Positions 11,458 to 23,912 of a DNA stretch of 64,000 nt are shown in pieces (position 1 is the stretch's first letter; the number at the start of each line of letters is the position of its first letter). Position numbers and translations under genes: made by a program. The notes beneath the pieces were generated by a model, which was given only the letters and a program-made list of their open reading frames with translations, ran no database searches and was not told where the DNA came from. The DNA lies in contig NC_047020.1 of the NCBI RefSeq assembly GCF_902652985.1, forward strand, positions 30,008,001 to 30,072,000. The letters are read 5' to 3'. This DNA is from Pecten maximus. Its lineage: Eukaryota.

Positions 11458-12675
11458 TCTCCTTCCTCCGTATGCAACTCCCACCGTACTTGATTGTTCC
11501 ACTGGTTATGACTGGCTAGCCAAGGTATTACTGATAAAATGTGTTGTCGATATGCTTCCTCGTTCCTGATAATCGATATCGTTATCTAAAAGGTTGGATC
11601 GTTAGATCGTACACCAGAGATAAGCATTGTAATGTGAATTATCAAAATCCCTAAGTGAGAATCTGTGTTTAGAAATGTTAAAAAAAAAAAAAAAAAAAAG
11701 ACACAACACACCGAAGGCATACTCTAAGATTCAAACTTAATCAAGCAATGCATTGATAATGGATATGTTGATATAATGACGTCATGAGAAATTATATTCC
11801 GGATTTGAAACTTAAATCTATTCCACGTACTACCCCATAGCGAACCGAAGACTATAGAATAAATCGTCCAGGAGAAAACAATAAATAATGGTGCGGGATA
11901 TTTGGTTTTGTGATTATTGTTTATGTTATAACGTTCAGATATGCTAACTGATAACTGAGGGCATATTTCAGACTTTTAATCAAACTATGATAATACACTA
12001 TTTCGCTCTTAGATATTATAAAGTGCATTACTTAGTCTCCCCTGTTACTAAACTTAGCCTTGTATTTCACAGGGGTGGCCTTTATGGACATACATGCCCT
12101 CCCTACATGTACCTTATTTCAGGTTGTCATTTACACCTTTTGGTGTGCCCTTTACCTGTTTGATTACACATTTCATTTTAAAGTAGATGAACCCCACAGT
12201 TGACTTATCGTGTCCCTAACTGTTCCGTTGTTTCATGCAGTAAAGCCAGACATGAAAAAATCAACACCATAGCTTCCGCAATTGAGCCTGTAATTGTTCG
12301 TTAACTCTGGATGTTTGGGAGAGAAATTGTATTTTTAACTTTTCTGATGTTGGGCAAAGTTTTGATAGTTGGTTATGTCTTGTTTGACATCGTCACTTGA
12401 ACTTTTAGATAAAGTAGCTGTATACCATGTATGATGAAGTAATACATCCGGCCCTTGTTTCTAGTGTTTTGACACATACTGCTAGAATGTTATCGTTACA
12501 CAATGTTTGTTACAAGGCAAAATTTCTATCAACGGTTTTTACCAGCGGTATTACAAATATTAGCGTCATCTGCGTCCCATTTTATAAGGAAAGGGTAGCA
12601 TGTGGTTTTCTCAAGAATAAGTTCCTGGTTCCTGTTCACAAATGAAAATAATTTGTCAGTCACTAAGAAAATAAA

Positions 12676-12679
<4 letters not shown>

Positions 12680-12717
<38 letters not shown>
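12680..12717. repeat. (GA)n microsatellite
   Basis: About 19 GA units. Confidence 0.95.
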
Positions 12718-12720
<3 letters not shown>

Positions 12721-15565
12721 ACATCTTTGTCACATGCGATAATACATTTTCATATTTTTGTAAACAATTAGTGTTTTATATTGTTTATTAAATAATTTAC
12801 TCACAAAGTGTGTTAAAGACATCTTGTTTCAAGCTGTCTGATTACAAGTAAAATGCCATTAACATGTCTATTACTTATCCCTGGTTATATTCCAAGTTCT
12901 TCCAAAAATTTTAAAAAAAAATCCTTAGTAAAACTTAAATCCTCAAACTCAGTCAAGAAGGCATTGTCAAGCGTAAGAAACTTTTTTATATTTTCAGATT
13001 CTAACCTACTCAATTAAGGAACTACAAAACTTTCTAAAACACATCTTCTAAACATCATCTATATTATTATTTAAGGTATAAATCCTTTAAAGAAATAACA
13101 TTATGTATTTAAGGGTTTCATTCTGATTTGTAACAATCTCCCAATTTTTCTTTTCTGACTTCTGTTGATCGATACTATGTTCATGCAGCTGAGAATGTTT
13201 ATATGTACATACAGTGTTATTGTCTTTATTTCGATTTACAATTAACAATTCAGAATGGTATGGATGAAGATCATTACTGTATTGTAATATAACCAGAGAT
13301 ATGATTCTGAGAAACGCACCCATCAAATCGTGGGAATGGAGCTTAACACTAAATATTTGAGATAGATCTAATCTGAATGCACATTATTGAAGTTTAACCC
13401 CAGTGAACATTTATACTAATAGCAGTATGGGATCGCTATCAATGAATGTAAAGTAAATCTGCAAAATGTCTTAGCCGAATTAATGACGAACAGATAATTG
13501 GTAAAACGTTATGCCCCGCCCACATTGCTTAATATTTTACATGCTCGATTGATTAAATTTTATTATGTTTTGAAGCTATTATATTTTGGTGGGTTTTTTT
13601 TTGTGTTTACGTTCGTATTCCTATATTGACCATACATTTATTAAAATTATTTGATATTGTGTCCTTTTTATTGTTTCTATATTATTTGTTTCTTCAAGTC
13701 TTTCTATGTTTTTTTTTTTGCTTTTGAATATAAAGTTTTATCAAGTTTAACTTCATCCTTTATCGGTTTATCTTCATTTAATTTCTAAATTTCAAATCTG
13801 CTCAGTTTCGTCAAGAATACACAAGTAAGGTATGCAATTAACATCTGCAATGTAACTTGAACCAACCCTACACGCGCCTTGGTACGTTCCCAGGTGATAA
13901 ACAGAAAATCATGAGGTTTTTTTTATTAAATGCCTATACGATTCACCACATTCATGGTGAAGAATGAAGAAAGTTTATGAAGGAATACTTTATGGTACTA
14001 TATCAAGTCGTTCTTGTTCGTTTTGGTGTTTTCGTTGTTATCTCCCTAATTCTTATTGGAGATGGAGGCTTAACCTGGATTTTACATATTTGCATATTTT
14101 GTCATAATTTGGATATTTTGATATGTATCACATAATATTTCTTTAATACTTCTTTCAATCGAAACCTATTAAGTACATCTCATTTTTGATAAGACTCTCC
14201 ATATCATAAAAACGTTCATGATTACCGTTTTCACTTCAAAGAATCAAAACAATTAATGTATCCATCGTTTAATACGAGGACACATTGAGTAAGGCAGGCA
14301 GGTGATATTAAATCTATTTCGAAATCATCCTATTTAGAATTCTACCGTTACGAACTCCTTGCCAATTAATTCGTTCATTCGGATGCACTTCGGTTGAAAC
14401 GAAGATTGTCGGTTAGACAGGTGAAATTTGTGACCCCTCTCGATTCGCTATATTAACATGGTATCGCCATGCGACCGGCTGGGTGGGCATATTACTTAAA
14501 TTGATAACTTTTACGCCAGTAATGTCTTTAACCAGCGTGTGTTTATCTAGTTGAGTTACATGGTCTCCCAGCTGGTCGCCCTGCAGGGACATAGTAAGAA
14601 AGAAACAAGCACCTGGAGAAAAGGAAGTTGTTCGACTGGCAATGCTTTATATATCTTTGACTTCAAACCTGTGATGTTAGTACAACACAAACAGGTCCTA
14701 TACAAAATTGTATGCCCTGTTGAATATTCGGTATTTACTTGGAAAGTTGGGTCCTGTTATCTCAGGCGATTGAAATATATATATGACGATTAAGCAATTA
14801 AAAGGGGAAAAAATTGTCAAAGGTTTGTTAACTCGTGGCAATATCAGTCATGAAATATTTTTCGATATTCTATACAAATAATATGATATCTTACCTAATT
14901 TATCTGTTTAAGTGTCGATTAAATGTCGATTTATAACTATTTGTTCCTGTACTGTTATCTAATGAAGCCGATATATACTTTCCTAAATTATATAACAGGT
15001 AGCATTTATGCATTTTTGGGGATTGAAGGAAATACAAACTCGTCTAAATTAGGTATCTATATATCAATGTGTTTTCAATCTTGACGGTATTAAGCTCGGA
15101 TATAATCAATCATGTTTAGGTTTGTCTTATATACTCGCTGTAACCCATATATACATGTATATTTCTACTGACCTGTGATAATCTTTCTAAATCAGGCCTC
15201 TAGATATATAACTGTGATGTAATACTCTACCTCTTAAAAAACCATGCCTCTAACACTGTAGTACATATTATAATGAATCTTGTGTAGATTTGTCTGATAT
15301 ATAAGTAGTATTTGAGACAGAACCATGGCATACCCGCTGTAATGTGGGAATGATGGTAAAATTGATATATAAGATTGTATTGTCTCAGAACTTCTCGAGA
15401 ATATAGACTCATAAAGCAACATATGAAATCGGAATAGTGTGATATGTAGTGTTGTTGAATGACCTGCCAAAAAAATCGTTTTCTTCCAAAGCGCTTACCA
15501 CATCAATTTGTAACTAAGTATATGACTTTGTCAGAATGAATTACTGTTTGAGTTCGTACCCCGGG

Positions 15566-15630
15566 CAACTTCGCTAGCCAGGGGTGTTCAATACGATACT
15601 CTCCTTTTACACCCTCGGCTAGCGAAGTTG
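15566..15630. repeat. Short hairpin / mini-MITE-like inverted repeat
   Basis: caacttcgctagccaggggtgt (15566-15587) is the near-perfect reverse complement of acaccctcggctagcgaagttg (15609-15630). Confidence 0.7.
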
Positions 15631-17154
15631 AAACCCGTGTTAATATTAAATTTGTCCTAGAGTTATGGCGCTTTGCATATAGGAACTTATAATCACCTAT
15701 TTTTAGAACTACCGCTTGCCACGTCATTTTGTAACTTAGGATTTCGCTTTGTCATAATGGATAATAGTTTTCATTTGAACCCCGTGACAATATTCCACAC
15801 ACACACTATTGTAATGTAATCACAATACCATCCACAAATAACCCCAGACGTTCAACTCAATTTATCAACCAACTAGCAACAGAAAGCATTATGATGCTTT
15901 CCATATAGTGACCCTGACTTATTTTCAAATTAAGTGGGCGCAGACGACACATCCAATTCTGTGGAATTCTAGTTATACAAAAAGGTTAACCTAATGCGGT
16001 TAATGAGATTGTGAGTTATGAGCACGAGCTGTGATTTACAAGGAAAATGTATAATTTCAGTTTCATATTTTGTCGGGTAGGGTGATTATAACGAATCGTG
16101 ATATACGTTTAAGATGACGAATAATTCATCTTTACTATTAATAGCAAGAGTAGATATCGGATTGAATTATAGAAAATATTCTACATGAAGTTATTAAATA
16201 CTTTTTTCCAGGCGAGTAGATAAAGCATTGGGGTTCTCTACCATTCACCATTTTTGTATTTCCAATCATCAGTAAATATGTTGAACTTAGCTCGGAATAA
16301 AACAGTTCATCCATTCTGAAAAAAATCCCACTAATTCCGAAATCTACAATACTAAACCTAGTTCATACCATATTTTCTTCCGATAGCTCGCACTTTGAAC
16401 ATCATCTAGCATCCCTATCCCACCTACGGCCATACCCACGCACATTCACTTGCGAAAAATACCACTTTGACCAACCTCTAAATCAAACTGTGCCCTTAGT
16501 TGGCTGACATATCAGAAACGTTACCAAAGACCTAACACCGATATGTATATTAACGATTTGTTATAGTTTGTCACCAAATGAAAAAAAGATAATTGGCCAT
16601 ATTGATCGGATATACCTTGTAGGACTTGAAATCAAGGCACAACTGAGTATTTAAAGTTCCCAATGATTAATTTTCTATTCATAGCTACCTCCCTGCATCA
16701 CCTCCCTATGGCTCATTATCACCATGATCTCATTTGAAAATCTTTTAGAAGGAAAGGACGCTTACTCTACAATAACACATGGTCTTATTTTCGCTGACTT
16801 TTTCAGGAGCATCTGCATTTTGGTTTATATTTTGCCTCCGTTGATAGATTTGGTGTTGGTATTATGGTTTGTTTTTATGTTGGTATTAGTTGTTGTTTCT
16901 TTACCCGCCATACCGCTTGTATTGTCAACCCTATTCATATCACCTTCCCAGGCCTACTTTGTCAACAGTTTACATAACCTTTCTCACCGACTGTCTCACC
17001 AATTCAAATTATTAAAGTTATGAGGTACCATTTAGATTGACCTTTATCCTTCCTATCTCACCGTACTCTTAATCTTGTATATGTCTGGTGTAGAAATATA
17101 TATAAAATCATTAATACATGTCTGGGGTACAGCAATAGGGCTTTCTACCACTAT

Positions 17155-18573
17155 TTTGAACCCTCACAATATTCCTTAGTATTGTAAAAATGCTGCCGCG
17201 GACACGTGGTTAATTGTTCACCAATGAAGGAATTGCCGGAATCCGCAGATTTTCCTGTTTATAACATCCCACTCGAGGTGCACACGAATTCTAACCAAGT
17301 TCCTAACCGTCTAACTACTCAGGAAATGACGACAGAGTTGATTTTGAACCGTGACCATAGTCCGTAGTATTGTAATAATGCTGTAGCGGACACGTGATTA
17401 ATTGTTCACCAATGAAAGGATTGCCGGAATAAGCAGATTTTCCTGTTTATCACATCCCATTCAATGTGCACACGAATTTTGACCAAGATCCAAGCCTTCT
17501 AATTACTCAAGAAATGACAACAGAAATGTACTTTGAACCGTCACCATATTCCGTAGTATTGTAACAGTGCTGGCGCGGACAGGTGGTTGATTGTTTACCA
17601 ATGAAAGGATTGCCAAAATAAGCAGATTTTCCTGTTTATCACATCCCACTCGAGATGCACACGAAGTCTGACCAAGATCCGAACCTTCCAACTGTTAGAG
17701 AAATGACGACAGAACTGTATCTTGAACCATAGTATTGTCACCATATTCCTTAGCATTGTAACAGTGCTGCCGCGGACACCTGGTTTATCGTTCATCAATG
17801 AAAGGATTGCCGGAATAAGCAGATTTTTTTGTTCATCACATCCCACTCGAAATGCACACAAATTCTGACCCAAACCTTCCAACTACTCAAGAAATGACGA
17901 CAGAACTGTTATTTGAACCGTCACCATATGTTGTACTATTGTAACAGTGCTGCCGCGGACACGTGGTTAATTGCTCACTAATCAACGGATTGCCGGAATA
18001 AGTAGATTTTCCTGTTTATCACATCCCAGTCGAGGAACACAGGAAGTCTGACCAAGATCCGAACCTTCCAACTACGTACTTAAGAAATGACGACAGAACT
18101 GTTTTTTGAACCGTCAAAATATTCGTACTATTGTAACAATGCTGTCGCGGGCACGTGGTTAATTGTTCATCAATGAAAGGATCGTAGGAATAAGCAGATT
18201 TTCCTGTTTATCACATCCCACTCAAGGTTCACACGAATTCTGACCAAGATCAGAATCTTTTAACTACTCAAGAAATGACGACAGAACTGTATTTTGAACT
18301 TCAACATGTTCCGTAGTATTGTAACAATGCTGCCGCGGACACGTGATTGATTGTTCACTAATGAAAGGATTGCCGGAATAAGCAGATTTTCCTGTTTATC
18401 ACATCCCACTCGAGATGCACACACATTCTGACAAAGATCCAAAGCCTTCTAACTACTTCAGAAATGACGACAGAACTGTATTTTGAACCGTCACCATATT
18501 CCGTAATAATGTAACAATGCTGTCGCGGATACGCGGTTAATTGTTCACTAATGAAAGGATTGCCGGAATAAGC
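17155..18573. repeat. Satellite-like tandem array, ~190-bp unit, ~7.5 diverged copies
   Basis: cagattttcctgtttatcacatcccac recurs at about 17246, 17434, 17623, 17820, 18004, 18194 and 18383. Confidence 0.9.
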
Positions 18574-18730
18574 TATGATCAGGCAAAAAAAAACACCACT
18601 TTTTGCTGTGTATCGAAAAATTAGAAATATAAATCTACCAGTTGACCTTAAATTTAAGTTATTCGATTCATTAGTTGCTCCAATTTTGTTATACTCGTGT
18701 TAAATAAGGAAATATGATAATGTAAGTCAA

Positions 18731-19240
18731 CTTGAAAAAGTACATCTACAATTTTGCAAACGAATTATCGGTTTAAGAAGAAATACGTCTAATTTTGTGA
18801 TATATGGTGAGACAGGAAAATATCCAATTACAGTTGATATTAAATTGAGAATAAATTCTGATATACTCTTATTAAAAGTGAAAATAAACTGTCTAGCCAT
18901 ATGTACTAATTGATGTATTCTCTCCATGAATGTGGTCAAATTAACTTTAAATGGTTGATTATGTTAAAGATATCTTAGACAATGTCGGAGTAAGTTTTGT
19001 GTGGATGCAACAGAAAATATATTTACCTGATATCAATCACTTATAACAAAATAATTACACAAAAATTACAAGATAAATTCATTTAGACTTGGTTTGATCA
19101 GTTGGGAAACTCGTCACGAGGACAAACTTATAGTATATTTAAAGATAAAATTGGCATCGAAGATTACCTTAAACGATTAAACATAAAGGACAGGAAGGTA
19201 CTTTGTAAATTTAGAACTTCCAACATAAAACTTCCGGTTA
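18731..19240 (+). mobile_element. Degenerate non-LTR retrotransposon ORF2 C-terminal fragment (RTE-X-like)
   Basis: Manual translation gives LEKVHLQFCKRIIGLRRNTSNFVIYGETGKYPITVDIKLRI and, after frameshifts, FKDKIGIEDYLKRLNIKDRKVLCKFRTSNIKLPV. These are typical post-RT motifs of invertebrate LINEs. Confidence 0.65.
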
Positions 19241-20639
19241 ACTTTTTTTTTATTTATTTGTAATAATTATAACGTAATACAGTTAGGATGCAAATATATT
19301 CCAGCCTACTTTTACAAAAAAAAAAAAAAACAATTATTATAAAATGAAAGGAATGTTTACAATCTTTAATAAAAAAAAACTGTTAATAAACGTAAGCCTA
19401 TGTGTCCAAAAACTATGTAATATGTTATGATGACATCACAATAATTACTGTTACTGTTTTCCTTTTTGCATGCAGTATTTTCACGAGTTCTAGCTATATA
19501 ACATTTTAAATGATTCCAATATCGTAGGAACACTACATGTATTAATATTGCCTGTCATGCTTGTAACATGAAAAAGATATGTGACCTCTTGTCCTGTAAC
19601 CTATTCATGCTTCACCTGTCATTCCTCTTTACCTTAAACATCACTTATGTACCAGTAGGACAGAATGTTCAAATAATGTTGCTCTTATTACCATAAGTAC
19701 TGTAACGAATGTGCATGACATGCAAGTGGTCAATATAGTCTGCAGCATGAAAGTTTGTGAACGAGTGATCAGCTGATCTTTGTTGACGTTTGTACCTCCG
19801 GTGGGTTCAGAAAGCTATACAAGTCATTAATGTGTAATTTGTGAATAGTGGGCAGCACAGACTGATAGAGTACATGTTTTACTATCTGTCCATGTACTCA
19901 GTTGTTCATTTAACAGTATTTCTGATTTTATATGATTTTTATTGTCAACAAGTAGCTTATCACAGGCTGCAGCAGACGCCATCTTGGATCGTCACTAAGC
20001 TCAACGTTCAGTGGCCGAAATCTGTATTTGCATAGTGTAAGTCTCATATCGATAATTGTAACATAATTCATAGTTAATAAGATCCATAAACTTTCTAATG
20101 TATGAGATATTCACATTTTTTACGTACTTGTAGCGTATAACCGTTATTTTAAAGACATTTTCGTCTCGGTCAGTCGTACTGCTCCAACTGAAAAACTGTT
20201 GACGATGACGATTCGACCGGTTTTTGTAAACTCTGTAAATACGGTTCGAAATCGGTATTAGAGGTAACTAATTAGTTCTTAAGTGTATAAAGAACAAATT
20301 CACACTAAAAAACAATTGTTGTACACTAAGGAAATTATTTTCTCTATGTTTTCATTTTCGGCACTATAATAGTGAGGAAACAGTCTAACATTCCGCCATC
20401 TTGCCTCCACTTCTTCCAAATATGGAATTGTGGAAGCTGGGAAGAGTATATAAGCTAGTTTTTCTGATAAGGTACATTTTTCTGAGGAGTTATCTCCCTT
20501 CCATAGATTGTAAGATATTTGGCAATAATCTTACAATACAGAAATTGGTAAGATAACCATTTTCCATAGAATTTTAATAATATAAATATGACAAAGATAA
20601 CTTTAAATAATTAAATATAATTCCTTCGGTTACTACATG

Positions 20640-20856
20640 TACAAGAGTCTATTACCCTCTTGTATATCTATTACAAGATGATTAGAGTTTAACCTTGTAA
20701 TAGTGAAATTGATGCCTTTATCAATTTCCATAAATAACTAAATGTAATTCTTATTGTTAATACAAGAGTCTAGTATCCTCTTGTATATTATTACAAGATA
20801 ATTGGAGTTTAATCTGGTAATAGTGAAATTGATGCCTTGATCAATTTCCATAAATA
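20640..20856. repeat. ~121-bp tandem duplication (2 copies)
   Basis: tacaagagtcta..accctcttgtatat..ttacaagat..gtaatagtgaaattgatgcctt.atcaatttccataaata at 20640 and 20761. Confidence 0.8.
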
Positions 20857-21513
20857 TAAGTGACTAAAAGCTAATTGTTACTCTCTTAAAAGAGTTGTTG
20901 TATTTAATATTTGTTAGTTTAAGTTTAGGAAAATACTCATTAATGTTAAATTATTGACTTGTACTCGCGGTTGTTTTACTCCAGTATTAAACTAACTTAG
21001 GAAATATAGATCTACAAGTTGTTGAATTGTAAAGTTTATTTTGTTATTGAAATGTTGTTTACAAAAATAGAATGCTATAAACAGCTTGGCTGTGATATTC
21101 TGTACATTTGTACTTATACGCTACCATTTACAGTAATTGTTACATCATTATACTGGCACAGCTTCTAATTATTCAATAATTAGAAAAGAGAGAGAGAGAG
21201 AGAGAGTGAGAGACCATTGTGACTCTGTATCTGAAATACTGAAATTATATGTATTGAACTTGTACACAGGCGTTGAGTTCTTCTTTTAATTAATTGGCTA
21301 ATCTGATGATCTGTGATCATTCACGAGACCTGAAAAGGCATGAGTGAGGAACCCTCAAGTGTAGAGTTGAAGGCGAGATTCGCTTCAGTACCAACAGACA
21401 GCATGCCACCTACATTGTATTTCAAACGTCATCTTTAGGGATATTAGTAGCTTGTTTTATATTTTTGCTTGCTTTCTGATAAACAGACGACGAATTGTAA
21501 ACAAAAAGTAGTT

Positions 21514-22199
21514 ATGGGAAACGTTCTGATCAGGTTCATCATGCTAGATTGACGATGAATTGCAGCTCTCTAAAATGCCCACCTATTTAGTCGTAATCTT
21601 ATCGACAGCCCTGTATGTTCATGCAGACAAGCGTATGAAACCACTGAACACTTTCTATTGTCTTGTCCAAACTATACCATTGTAAGAAACGAATGTTTTG
21701 TAGATCTACCAATAGACTACACTTTTGATATGCTCCTATACGGAGATCCAAATCTATCGATTACAGAGAATGAAAATATTTTCCATTGCATCCAACTTTA
21801 TATTTTAAAAACCAAACGTGTTTAAATTAATAGTGCCATTTTACGAGTCCCAAGAGGTCACTAGTGCTGTATATTTACATTATATTACTATGTTTTATTA
21901 TGTCATTATGATTATGTAGTACCTATAGTATCACTAGGTCCCATTACATCTCTCTCTCTCTCTCTCTCCCCTCTCCCCCTCTCCCCCCCCCCCCCCCTCC
22001 CTCTATCCCTCTCTCATCAATAGTTTTGTTTTTAAGTTATACTATTTGACTAATAAATGGCTATACAGTTTTGTCACCCGCCAATCTATTATATAAGGAG
22101 ACAGATTTAAATAAGTATTTTCATACTTTTTCTGAATCCTTTTATTATTATGTATCATATATATGACATGTAAATATTGAATAAAACATTGTTTAAACT
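21514..22199 (+). mobile_element. 5'-truncated CR1-like LINE 3' end with 11-bp TSD
   Basis: Frameshifted translation HARL..NCSSL / AHLFSRNLIDSPVCSCRQAYETTEHFLLSCPNY..LLYGDPNLSITENENIFHCIQLYILKTKRV* (C-terminal Cys/His motif), then a 3' UTR with AATAAA. Flanked by AAAAAGTAGTT at 21503-21513 and 22200-22210. Confidence 0.85.
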
Positions 22200-22309
22200 A
22201 AAAAGTAGTTCCAGAAGTACTTCCGGTCCAGAAGGTTAGCGCGTTCAGTCCGTCATACCCTATGGGTTTACAGAGAAATATCTCTTGTCTTAAACTGGAG
22301 ATATAGAGG

Positions 22310-22690
22310 TTACACAACGAGTAGTTGTTGGATATGGAATTTAAATAAATTCCATATCCAACAATTTCGAGTCGTGTGACCTGTTTCTACCACAATAATA
22401 TCGGCTTGAATCAAAGGGAAACGTGGCCAAGTATAATTTCGCGTATGCAAATAAAGTGTACCGGTGACGTCCGGGACACGGTGATTTGACGTCATTAGAT
22501 TATTGATGACGTCAATAACAATTGCAGCCTGGGTCAAAGTTCATGGTGTTAGCTAATCAAAATGCGTACAGAGTTTATACCACGTGTGGTATAAACAGAT
22601 TGTTAATCAACAGCTGTAATGATTAACTGATGGTCTGAGAGTTGAATAACACAGGGTATTGTGGTAGAAACATAGGTTAATTGTTGGAGA
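22310..22690. mobile_element. Small non-autonomous element with hairpin plus subterminal inverted repeats
   Basis: Perfect 19-bp hairpin (22325-22343 / 22346-22364). 16-bp IR tgtttctaccacaata (22382-22397 / 22657-22672). Internal palindrome at 22573-22596. Confidence 0.6.
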
Positions 22691-23288
22691 ATAATATCAC
22701 GTTTCCCTGCCTTGGGGATGCGACAAAGAAATCTCAAGTTTCAAGTTTTGTATTCACCAAATGCAATACAGCATAAAAAATAATTGAACGAACTTGATAT
22801 AATCACTCGCTACAGATTCATAAGATAATTTCTTTTATCTGTTGCTTGCATAAAAAAAACCAAATTTACTTAAAGTTTTAACATTTTTGCGTAAAAATAG
22901 TTTTATAAGCTTATAAACACTCGGATGTCTATAATAATATTGTTTTATAAACTTAACTCTTTAGTTGGATATAGTAGAGTCATAACCAGAACATCAAAAC
23001 TTATACAAAACTATCGAAATATGGTAATCAAACCAGAGACTCTATAAAACGGCTGTTCTCCTTTACATCCAAACACCAACTGCCCAAACATCATTTTCCC
23101 CACTTTTCATCCACCAAAAAAAAAAAAAAAAAAAAGATTAAAATCTGGATTTACTATTAAATCAGCTGACAAACTACTCTAGGTCCTAATTTCACTAATG
23201 CAGTTTAAACTGACCTCCAGTGACCTAAACTGACTCCTTACTATGCCCTGGTATTGACAGGCACATATACCAGCCCTCTGAAAACCCT

Positions 23289-23449
23289 GCTTGTTTGTAT
23301 ACATTTGTATTTTCGTTTGTTTACTGATAAGCAGACGACGAATCGTAAACAAAAAGTAGTTCCGGAAGTACTTCCCGTTTAGAAGGTTAGCGCGTACAAG
23401 TTGCCATACCCTAGGGGTTGTCAAGTATAAAACTGGAGATAGATAGGTG
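23289..23449 (+). repeat. ~160-bp segment duplicated at ~21450-21513 + 22200-22310; contains an ETS-type CCGGAAGT motif upstream of the CBR gene
   Basis: ctgataagcagacgacgaatcgtaaacaaaaagtagttccggaagtacttcc..agaaggttagcgcgt..cataccta..aaactggagata is shared with the LINE-interrupted copy. Confidence 0.75.
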
Positions 23450-23885
23450 AATAGTTGGATAAAACAATATAAAAATCGGTATTTGTATGTAATATATTAC
23501 TAATAGAAAATCATTCACACATAAAACAAATTATAATGTGAAATGGCCATAGTGGTCAACTTACACATTGTCTATGTCCTTATTCTGAATCATTTACATT
23601 AAACTGACAATGATTGCCCTCTCTATCTGCCGATAATTTGTAACACCATAGCGCATTCGTACCAGGATGTAGATGACTAGAGTATTTATTCGATTATTTG
23701 TACAGTAAAAGTATAGATTAAAATAGTTGTGTGTTAACATCCTGTATCGTAAACACACGATGTGCTGTGGTTCCACGAATGTACGGGAGTGTTGATCCTG
23801 GCCATGTATAAAACCAAACCTACCCAACACATCATTTAACTAGTATCGAGGCGAGTTACGAGGACGCATTCATTACACCGTCACG

Positions 23886-23912
23886 ATGACATCTCCAAAA
23901 GCAGTTGCAGTG
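23886..23912 (+). CDS. CBR1: CBR1-like exon 1 (MTSPKAVAV)
   Basis: ATG at 23886, donor GTAAGC at 23913; supplies the beta-strand preceding VTG. Confidence 0.8.

Noticed and set aside
11458-11502. N-terminal extension MEQSSTVGVAYGGRR from the ORF track
   Set aside because: Starts at GTG; the ATG at 11457 directly gives a canonical signal peptide.
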